Virus record (IMG/VR): IMGVR_UViG_3300005613_000060
Location: 59-64,058 of that record
Reading direction: 5' to 3' (one strand)
Length of the DNA: 64,000 bases
DNA from: a virus
Taxonomy: Duplodnaviria > Caudoviricetes
Position numbers and translations under genes: made by a program. Below are positions 57,454 to 64,000 of the stretch, piece by piece (positions within the stretch are counted from its first letter, which is position 1; each line of letters begins with the position of its first letter). The notes under the pieces are model-generated. The model was not told the origin of the DNA. It searched no databases and saw only the letters and a program-made list of their open reading frames with translations.

Positions 57454-57516
57454 CTTATTTATCTATATGTTAATTTATATTAGTTCCAATAAATAAAAGT
57501 GTAATTATCTTCCATA

Positions 57517-57834
57517 TTATTTTTTCTTTTTATTATTTCTAGCAGATATAGCTTTAGCTTTTTCTTTTGCATCTGCTTTGCTACTTGCACCCCAAGCTTT
57601 TAATGATAAAAGTAAACGTGTAGGTTTACCATCTTTATCTTTTTCAGGACCTTTTGAGTTACCCATTCTTGCTAAGAAAGATGCTCTTCTTGGATTATCT
57701 CCAGATTTTACAGGAGGTTTTAGATTGCTACCTTCTTTTTTAGCAGAAGCTCTACCTTTAGCATTAAGACCACCTTTTGGATTCTGACCCTCTTTTCTTT
57801 GCCAAGCTGCTGTTTTGTAAGTTTTCTTTGCCAT
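57517..57834 (-). CDS. Small basic phage protein (DUF6321-like)
   Basis: GGLNAKGR...NLKPP....PRRASFLARM...LSLKAW. Confidence 0.6.
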   Translation of the reverse strand: MAKKTYKTAAWQRKEGQNPKGGLNAKGRASAKKEGSNLKPPVKSGDNPRRASFLARMGNSKGPEKDKDGKPTRLLLSLKAWGASSKADAKEKAKAISARNNKKKK

Positions 57835-58076
57835 TATCTTTTTTTACCTTTATGTAATCCATGCTTTGCATGTTGTTCTCCTTTTCTTGTAGCTTCTCTT
57901 TTTTTCTTATTAGCTGCTGCAAGCTTTGCTTTACCGCTTTTACTACTTTTAAGTTTAGAAATAGTTGCGGATGGTGCATAAACTTCTCCAGTTTCTCCTG
58001 AAGGTTTGCCAGAAGGAGTTCTCCATTTTTGTTTAGTCCATCTGTCTAAACTTTTTTGAGATGATGCCTTTGCCAT
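57834..58076 (-). CDS. Small basic protein resembling the C-terminal half of DUF5872-like proteins
   Basis: SQKSLDRWTKQKWRTPSG....GEVY.P. Confidence 0.6.
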   Translation of the reverse strand: MAKASSQKSLDRWTKQKWRTPSGKPSGETGEVYAPSATISKLKSSKSGKAKLAAANKKKREATRKGEQHAKHGLHKGKKR

Positions 58077-58083
58077 AGATAGA

Positions 58084-58383
58084 TTATTTTTTCTTTTTTA
58101 CAGTACCCCCTACTTTTTTGTAACCCATTTTATTTCTAACTGCTGTAGGTAATTTAGAGAGACCCTTATTATCAGAAGGTACTTCTTTTAAAGTTCCTCC
58201 TTTAGCCATTTTAGTAGTAGTTGCTCCTCCTTTTTTCTTATACATCTTAGTTGTCAACTTATCAGCTCTTCCAGCTGCTATACCTGCTCTTACTGTTTTA
58301 CCTTCATCAGTAAGTCTGTTAGCTCGGTCTAATAGCTTAGCTGATTTTTTTTCTAACTTCTCTTTTCTTTTTGGGCTTTTCAT
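58084..58383 (-). CDS. Small Lys-rich protein with three xxGG motifs
   Basis: YKKKGG, KMAKGG, YKKVGG; NKGLSKLPTAVRNKMG module. Confidence 0.65.
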   Translation of the reverse strand: MKSPKRKEKLEKKSAKLLDRANRLTDEGKTVRAGIAAGRADKLTTKMYKKKGGATTTKMAKGGTLKEVPSDNKGLSKLPTAVRNKMGYKKVGGTVKKKK

Positions 58384-58402
58384 AATATTAATTTAAAATT
58401 TA

Positions 58403-58591
58403 TTATTTTTTTGTTTTGTAACCACCACCTTTAGCTTTATATTCTTTTGCTAACATTTGTGCTTTTCTTGCTGACCACTGTCCAGGATTACCTCCTTTAC
58501 TACCAGCTTTAATCTTTTCAAATAAAGATTTTCTCATTCCAGGTTTTGTATAATTCCCTGCTTTATTTACTGTGCTTTTTTTTGCTGCCAT
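58403..58591 (-). CDS. Small basic protein resembling the N-terminal half of DUF5872-like proteins
   Basis: YTKP.MRK.LFEKIKAGSKGGNPGQWSARKAQMLAKEYK.KGGGY. Confidence 0.65.
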   Translation of the reverse strand: MAAKKSTVNKAGNYTKPGMRKSLFEKIKAGSKGGNPGQWSARKAQMLAKEYKAKGGGYKTKK

Positions 58592-59235
58592 TATAGTCTT
58601 GTTCCAATTAATATTCCAGTTCCTAATAACCCTGCTTTAAACCACCATTTATCATAAAACGGGGTTGTAGCTTTAATACTGTAATTAGATAAATTGCTAA
58701 CTTTTAAATAAGGATTATTAGAAACTACACTAACTACTTGTGTATTGCGTTTAAATATACCATTATTTTTTTTACCAGTTACAATTAATAAATCATTAGT
58801 GATATTAATGTTTTCAAAATCTAATCCTTTGTTATGACTTTTACCATTTATTGTAATCCAATTATCTACGTAATTAAAAGGTACGTTAAATGTGTCACAC
58901 GGTAGAGTATCTGTATAATATACAGGTACATCTCTATAAACAATTTCTGTAACAATTTTAGTTATAGTTTTTGGTTTTTTAATTCTTATATCATCTATGA
59001 CTCTTATTAAAGAGTCTTTAGCTATTTTAAGTTCTTTTTCTGAAACTTCTAAAGTTTCATTATAGTATACTAATTTATCTGATTTTGATTTATAAATTTG
59101 AGCCGAATCTTTATATTGTAATAAATTTCCAATTGATTCATATGTATCTTGATTAGATTTACAAGTTGATATACTAAAAAAAAGTAACACTAGTAAAACT
59201 AAACCCAAAACAATATCATAGACTCTAAAACTCAT
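58591..59235 (-). CDS. Spanin-like membrane protein of the lysis cassette
   Basis: N-terminal hydrophobic helix, coiled coil, C-terminal hydrophobic tail; follows the endolysin. Confidence 0.55.
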   Translation of the reverse strand: MSFRVYDIVLGLVLLVLLFFSISTCKSNQDTYESIGNLLQYKDSAQIYKSKSDKLVYYNETLEVSEKELKIAKDSLIRVIDDIRIKKPKTITKIVTEIVYRDVPVYYTDTLPCDTFNVPFNYVDNWITINGKSHNKGLDFENINITNDLLIVTGKKNNGIFKRNTQVVSVVSNNPYLKVSNLSNYSIKATTPFYDKWWFKAGLLGTGILIGTRL

Positions 59236-59236
59236 A

Positions 59237-60187
59237 TTAAAAACTTTTTAATATATCTATTAATTTAGGATGAGGATACATGTCCCATTTACCGTATATT
59301 ACATTGGTGTGACAATATATACCTGGATTTGCTGCTACATAATCTTTATCTAAAAAATTAAATGCTTCAAAGTCTCCTTTTTCTTTAATAAGTTTTGCTA
59401 ATCCTTTTCTCGGGTCTATATTATCTCTTTCACAAATAAATAATATTAACTCATGTAATGCTTCTAATTGAGTATCTGAATAATTATGAAAATACTCAAA
59501 ACCTCTAAACTGTTCTTCTAGTTGTATAATTTGTGATTTATCCGCTTTAGTTCCAACATAAGTATAAAACTCATCTTTTTCTTTTGCTATCCAAGTTTTT
59601 TTACCGTTAATAGTTTTGTAGTATCCTCCTTTAGTTAATTGCCCAAAATTATTACATTCAATACCTACAGATTCTCTATGAACCACATTATTACCAATAC
59701 CTAAATGCCAACCATAGCCACCATCGGGTATACACTTTATTATTTTACCATCATAAGTATCATCATCTCCTTTAATAGATTGCCCACCAATAATAAACTC
59801 GGTAGCTATTTTACCTCTTGCATCACTAGCCCAATGATTTACTGTGTTATAAGGATTATGCCAACCAGCTGTATGATGTAAGAATAGCCATCTTTTTTTA
59901 GTAGGTCCTTTAAGGTACTCATCTTTAGGTAAAAAGACTTCATTAATTTGATCTTCTATATTATCAAACTCAAATGTTTCTGTTAAGTCTGTTGTAGCAT
60001 ATAGAGCTTTCCAAGTAGCATTACCTACTAATCCGTCAACTACTAAACCATGATCTTCTTGAAACTCCATTACAGCTAATTCTGTAATAGGACCAAATAT
60101 GCCATCTACATGTTCTAAGTTTAGTAACCTTTGTAATTCTTTTACATCCCCATTTATTTCACCAAGTTTTAGAAGTCTTCTATCCAT
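59237..60187 (-). CDS. Endolysin: PG-binding domain plus N-acetylmuramoyl-L-alanine amidase (Amidase_2 type)
   Basis: VKELQRLL...VDGIFGPITE.AV..FQ..HGL.VDG.VG..TW; FLHHTAG, SVGIE, H..V..GKWD. Confidence 0.9.
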   Translation of the reverse strand: MDRRLLKLGEINGDVKELQRLLNLEHVDGIFGPITELAVMEFQEDHGLVVDGLVGNATWKALYATTDLTETFEFDNIEDQINEVFLPKDEYLKGPTKKRWLFLHHTAGWHNPYNTVNHWASDARGKIATEFIIGGQSIKGDDDTYDGKIIKCIPDGGYGWHLGIGNNVVHRESVGIECNNFGQLTKGGYYKTINGKKTWIAKEKDEFYTYVGTKADKSQIIQLEEQFRGFEYFHNYSDTQLEALHELILFICERDNIDPRKGLAKLIKEKGDFEAFNFLDKDYVAANPGIYCHTNVIYGKWDMYPHPKLIDILKSF

Positions 60188-60222
60188 TTAGTTTTTTTTG
60201 CTTAATTTTAAATACAATTCTT

Positions 60223-60654
60223 TTATATTGTCTTTTTAATATCTGTTATCTCTTTTTTACCTTTCTTAATTGTATTCATTAGCTTGTTAAAGTAGAATTG
60301 AAATCCACGCTCTTTGTTTAACGCTTTTATGTTCTCCTCTATACTTAAGGCTTCAACAAATATCAAAACAAACGTTCCAACCTTAGTAAAAAAATGAGGT
60401 TGCCCAAACAAGTCGCTAGCAATTATAAAAATGTCAATAGGGTAGAGTAACAAAATAACTACTTGATAGAAAAACATTTTGAATATTAAACGGCTTAACT
60501 TATGGCTTGTAAACCCTTGTTTCTTAATTACTGACTTAGATACTCCTAACAAAGTGTCAGCAAGTATAAAACCCGCTACTATCATCATTAGTGGCGCAAT
60601 AGGTGTAAAGAATACCACCATGGAAGTAATGAGAGTAAATATAGTTGTTTTCAT
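60223..60654 (-). CDS. Holin (phage holin 4/TcdE-like)
   Basis: Several hydrophobic helices; ADTLLGV.K...FTS..L...K...Y...EALSIEENI; precedes the endolysin. Confidence 0.8.
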   Translation of the reverse strand: MKTTIFTLITSMVVFFTPIAPLMMIVAGFILADTLLGVSKSVIKKQGFTSHKLSRLIFKMFFYQVVILLLYPIDIFIIASDLFGQPHFFTKVGTFVLIFVEALSIEENIKALNKERGFQFYFNKLMNTIKKGKKEITDIKKTI

Positions 60655-60887
60655 TAGATTTCGTATTTTGGAAGTTCTACATTAAGTACCCAGTTTTCTA
60701 TATCTGCATCTTCCCAAGTTAACTCATAAGTAAACCCTTGTAAGTTCACGCCAAATTTAGCTGAATCAGTTGTTAGCAAAATATCTACATTGCAAGTTTT
60801 ACTAGGTAGCGAGTCGTTAACCACTAGTATCTCAATAGTTGGGTTAACTATTTCTACATTAAATTGTTCAAATTTATATGTTTTCAT
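60654..60887 (-). CDS. Small hypothetical protein (possible fibre-associated)
   Basis: 77-aa ORF, TAATG-coupled on both sides. Confidence 0.65.
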   Translation of the reverse strand: MKTYKFEQFNVEIVNPTIEILVVNDSLPSKTCNVDILLTTDSAKFGVNLQGFTYELTWEDADIENWVLNVELPKYEI

Positions 60888-61510
60888 TATGATAATATGT
60901 TAGATGTTGAAAGTGAGAATGTGCGTACTGGATAGGCTCTTCCTGAATTTCCTGTTTTTAAAGCTGTTGTTATAAGCCTATAACTAGCACTAGCAACAAA
61001 CGCACTTGTAGCCGAAAAACTAGTTGAAATCCAGTATTGCAAAGCGTTTACATTATTAAATGGAGCAAAGCCAAAATGTGCTGTTACAGAAACATCAACG
61101 ATGTTTATAAATTCTTTATAGTTCCACATTCTCCAACCGCTAAAACCTCCTAACGTGTAAGCATTACAAAAGTCAATAGCCAAGTCCCATGTAGTGTTAT
61201 TAGTAAGTGTTAGCTGTCTAGTGTATGCTAACAAAGTACTACCATTCCAAGTAGACCAATCTAAAACTATGTCATCAGCATAAGTTTGCCCACCTAAAAT
61301 ATCAGTAAACCTATCAGTAGTAGTATTTATTGTTGCTGTTCCGTCATTGTGCAAAGGTGCTGTATCAAGTGTAAAAAAGTCAGTATCTCTACCAGCTTGT
61401 AAATCTCCATCATCACCAGTTCTATAAGATATTGTTTGTCCTGTTTTAATTAACGTAGCTGTTGGGCGAGCAGGGCTTGATGATTGTATTATTTCTATTC
61501 TTGTACTCAT
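60887..61510 (-). CDS. DUF1566/Lcl-type (C-type lectin-like) adhesin domain protein
   Basis: KTGQT....GDDG..Q.G; TW..AI..C....LGGFSGWR.....E...YWISTS...PVR. Confidence 0.75.
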   Translation of the reverse strand: MSTRIEIIQSSSPARPTATLIKTGQTISYRTGDDGDLQAGRDTDFFTLDTAPLHNDGTATINTTTDRFTDILGGQTYADDIVLDWSTWNGSTLLAYTRQLTLTNNTTWDLAIDFCNAYTLGGFSGWRMWNYKEFINIVDVSVTAHFGFAPFNNVNALQYWISTSFSATSAFVASASYRLITTALKTGNSGRAYPVRTFSLSTSNILS

Positions 61511-61511
61511 C

Positions 61512-62063
61512 TTAGTATGTCTTATTTAAGATAAAGATGTCACTGTAAATGTTGTTTCCTAAGTCAGCTGCTCCCCACTCAATAGTTATATCAAGAGTGT
61601 TAGATATAGTAGTATCAAATGTAGTATTGTTAACAATATTAAAAGCAAACCCTTCCGTAGCTCCATTAGAAGTTTTTACATAGTGAAAAGTACCTAATGA
61701 TACTATAGAAGCTGTTCCTGCAGTACCTAAAGCTCTAATAGTAAAATCTACATTTAAGGAAAATATATCATTAGCAATGTTACTTATAGGTTGCGCTCCG
61801 CTATCAAGTAAGACAACAGCTCCTGTTTTTACTCGTATTCTTATAGTTTGGTTATTAGCAACATTTAACACTCCTGCTACCACAGCTCTAAAACTATCTC
61901 CTACTTGAAATCCATTAGCAGGAACAGATAAACTACCTACTCCACCATTAATAATAGATGTCTCTACTGTAGTATTAGTAATAGGAACACTATCTGCTGT
62001 TTGAGCAAATAAACCAAAATTATTAGTTTTTGGAACTTTATCTATATTAATAATAGTAGCCAT
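61512..62063 (-). CDS. Beta-rich structural (fibre/decoration-like) protein
   Basis: 183 aa, Thr/Asn/Val-rich. Confidence 0.55.
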   Translation of the reverse strand: MATIINIDKVPKTNNFGLFAQTADSVPITNTTVETSIINGGVGSLSVPANGFQVGDSFRAVVAGVLNVANNQTIRIRVKTGAVVLLDSGAQPISNIANDIFSLNVDFTIRALGTAGTASIVSLGTFHYVKTSNGATEGFAFNIVNNTTFDTTISNTLDITIEWGAADLGNNIYSDIFILNKTY

Positions 62064-62065
62064 TC

Positions 62066-62407
62066 TTAATAGACAAACGTAATTAAAAAGTCAGTACCTG
62101 TTGCATCGTAAGCAAAAGAAGTAAAATAATTATTTAAGGAATCTGCCGAAAAATTTAATATTTCTCCCGGTCTAATAACTTCCCCTAACACTTCTCCATC
62201 TGCTAATCCTGTATTAGCTACAGATACAGAATAAAATTGAGCTGCTACTGTGTTTACATTTCCTACTCCAGTAGGTCTAATAATACCTGTTGTTCTTGTT
62301 TGAGATTGGGTTGCTGAAATAGATTGTTGTAATCCTTTAAGTACTTTGGATTGGTAAGGGTAATTAGTACCCTTACCTCCCTCTGATTTACGGTTTCCTT
62401 GTGACAT
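62066..62407 (-). CDS. Small structural-like hypothetical protein
   Basis: 113-aa ORF; basic N-terminus and a beta-rich domain. Confidence 0.6.
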   Translation of the reverse strand: MSQGNRKSEGGKGTNYPYQSKVLKGLQQSISATQSQTRTTGIIRPTGVGNVNTVAAQFYSVSVANTGLADGEVLGEVIRPGEILNFSADSLNNYFTSFAYDATGTDFLITFVY

Positions 62408-62428
62408 AATAGTTATTTATTTATGTTA

Positions 62429-62641
62429 TTAAACTACTACACGTACTTCACCTGCTGCTGTTGAATATAACGTTCCAACTTCTAAACCAGCAGCAACTGC
62501 GGCTGCATTATTAGCATAAACATTATCAGTAATTTGATTAATTACAGATACAATTTCATTAAGATGTCCGAATTTAGCTAATGACATGTCAGCTTCTTTC
62601 TTAAGAAATGTGTCGGGACTCTTTGGAATAAATTTTTTCAT
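62429..62641 (-). CDS. Small hypothetical protein with a fibre-type YANNAAA..AGL..G.LY motif
   Basis: 70 aa; first gene after a promoter-like element. Confidence 0.6.
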   Translation of the reverse strand: MKKFIPKSPDTFLKKEADMSLAKFGHLNEIVSVINQITDNVYANNAAAVAAGLEVGTLYSTAAGEVRVVV

Positions 62642-62665
62642 AATATATATATATAAAGTTATAAT

Positions 62666-62696
62666 ATAATATACTAAAAAAGTTTAGAATAACAAA
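62666..62696 (-). promoter_or_regulatory. Putative late promoter TTTG-N19-TATATTAT
   Basis: Same layout as 43241-43271; directly follows a terminator. Confidence 0.6.
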
Positions 62697-62706
62697 AGGT
62701 TTAAAC

Positions 62707-62734
62707 AAAAAATCCTCCCAGAAAACTGAGAGGA
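62707..62734 (-). terminator. Rho-independent terminator
   Basis: Minus strand TCCTCTCAG-TTTT-CTGGGAGGA-TTTTTT. Confidence 0.85.
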
Positions 62735-62785
62735 CTTAATGAACAGTTAAAATTTAAAACATGAAAGTGTTCAAATATAAGAAAT

Positions 62786-63094
62786 TTATTTTATACTATC
62801 AATACGTTTTTGTAAATAAATTAAAGCTTTTTCTAAATCTTCTTTATATTTACTAGGATCTTTCTTTCCTGCTCTTGATATATACTTTATAACATTACCT
62901 AAATAAAAGTCTTTATCTAAACCCCAAGCTTCTAATACGTTAAACACTTCATACACACCTTTTGCATCATAGTAATCAGGTCTTAATGTACTAGTACTTA
63001 AGGAATTAACTTTATTACTTGTAAATTTTACAAAGCCATCATTATCACTTGTTACGTTATGTTTTTCACCTTTTGAGTCTATAATATATGCCAT
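62786..63094 (-). CDS. DUF3310 (SaV / T7 gp1.7-like) protein
   Basis: PDYY...YEV....EAWGL..FYLGNVIKY.SRAGKK...EDLEKA..YL. Confidence 0.8.
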   Translation of the reverse strand: MAYIIDSKGEKHNVTSDNDGFVKFTSNKVNSLSTSTLRPDYYDAKGVYEVFNVLEAWGLDKDFYLGNVIKYISRAGKKDPSKYKEDLEKALIYLQKRIDSIK

Positions 63095-63095
63095 A

Positions 63096-63386
63096 CTACC
63101 AAATCATTAAAATATCTGCTTGATTAACAATCATTTTCTTTTTATCATTAACCACTATTACTTCTGCATGAGATAAAGCACTTACAAATACATAAACTTT
63201 ATCTCCTTCTTTTACATCATCAACTTCTGTACCTACAGCAAAAACATTAAGTTTGGTCCAAGATTTCATTAATTCTCTGTCTTGTGCTGCTTCAGATTCT
63301 GGTGTTAATTCAATTGTAGACTCTTTTTTTTCAGGTCTGTCTAGCATTACCTTTTTTCCTCTTAGTACTTTAAATCCTTTTTCCAT
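63096..63386 (-). CDS. GroES-like co-chaperonin
   Basis: KVML......STIEL...VFAVG.EV..VKEGDKV...IV.QADIL. Confidence 0.7.
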   Translation of the reverse strand: MEKGFKVLRGKKVMLDRPEKKESTIELTPESEAAQDRELMKSWTKLNVFAVGTEVDDVKEGDKVYVFVSALSHAEVIVVNDKKKMIVNQADILMIW

Positions 63387-63640
63387 TACTCTTCTGTAAA
63401 ATGTTTAGTATTAATTAATTTAATTACGTTTAAGTGAGCGTTTACTAATTCACCCACTGTATGATCAAACAACAAACTTTTTGTTGCAAATCTTGGATTG
63501 TTTTGATAGCTTTCTTTAAGTATCTCAGCTATCTCTATGAACTTAGCTGTAACTTTTTCAGCATCTGTTTCAGGATTATCAGTGTAATCCTCACCAATAA
63601 TTTGTTCACCAAATTTTGGTACACGTGATTCTTTTATCAT
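63386..63640 (-). CDS. Small helical protein, possible divergent Acb2/Tad1-like hairpin protein
   Basis: FGEQIIG.....P....EKV...F.EIAE.L...GELVNA.L.VIKL; resemblance judged by eye only. Confidence 0.35.
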   Translation of the reverse strand: MIKESRVPKFGEQIIGEDYTDNPETDAEKVTAKFIEIAEILKESYQNNPRFATKSLLFDHTVGELVNAHLNVIKLINTKHFTEE

Positions 63641-63665
63641 TTTTTTGGTTTTTACAAATATAATA

Positions 63666-64000
63666 TTAAATAGGAAACTTATAACTATCTACGTTAGTAA
63701 TTGTTTTTTTTATTCCGTCTATAGTAGGTTGTTTAAAACTTAAATCTAGTATTCTACCGCCTACTGTTTTCGGTGGCGCACCTCTTTCAATATGCCAGCC
63801 CTTTGACCCATCTCCATATTCCTCTTTATATGTTCCAGTCAGAGCTAAATGTATTTCTTTTAATTTAACATTGTAGCATCCGTTTTGAGTAGATAGTATT
63901 TCTATTGAATCATTACGGCAACTATTCTCGTGTATATGCCCCATGCTGAATATATCAAAACCTTCATACATTTCAGTTGCTCTTGTTAGGTTAATAGCTC
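63666..64000 (-). CDS. C-terminal part of a calcineurin-like metallophosphoesterase (5' end outside the window)
   Basis: DIFSMGHIHE...LTGTY...GW..ERG.PP; the frame continues past 63971 to the window edge. Confidence 0.7.
   Translation of the reverse strand, partial: AINLTRATEMYEGFDIFSMGHIHENSCRNDSIEILSTQNGCYNVKLKEIHLALTGTYKEEYGDGSKGWHIERGAPPKTVGGRILDLSFKQPTIDGIKKTITNVDSYKFPI

Noticed and set aside
12019-60685. Short plus-strand ORFs and nested minus-strand ORFs (e.g. 32401-32592, 57764-57979)
   Set aside because: They overlap well-supported genes antisense or out of frame and have no recognisable motifs.
1-64000. Stop-codon reassignment, as in some crAss-like phages
   Set aside because: Genes are full length in the standard code, and TAG serves as a stop at 43273 and 44437.
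1-64000. tRNA or rRNA genes
   Set aside because: Intergenic gaps are short and AT-rich, and no cloverleaf or T-loop signature was seen.

Overview
This AT-rich window is the virion/late module of a crAss-like (Crassvirales-type) phage of a Bacteroidota host. Essentially all genes are on the minus strand, in the standard genetic code, and tightly coupled (many TAATG stop/start overlaps). In transcription order (right to left) it holds: a phosphoesterase fragment, a GroES-like gene, a DUF3310-like gene, small structural genes, a holin/amidase/spanin-like lysis cassette, tiny basic proteins, an IHF-like protein, a PD-(D/E)xK nuclease, large terminase, portal, scaffold, major capsid protein, ring/auxiliary capsid proteins, a Dps-like ferritin, Cys-rich fibre-like proteins, ring and muzzle proteins, several low-complexity cargo-like proteins, a 2173-aa nuclease-bearing cargo protein, and a >3790-aa virion RNA polymerase polyprotein. 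That last gene is absent from the ORF track because it runs off the left edge. Three observations stand out. (1) The polymerase tail is a string of nucleotide/NAD-related effector-like domains separated by an identical 35-nt linker repeat. (2) Two intergenic units look like small RNAs antisense to translation start regions; one hairpin loop is complementary to a motif at five phage start regions. (3) A recurring x-x-G-G motif punctuates shared peptide modules in five proteins, suggesting a maturation-cleavage or packaging signal. All family assignments come from motifs recognised by eye and from gene order; no searches were run.
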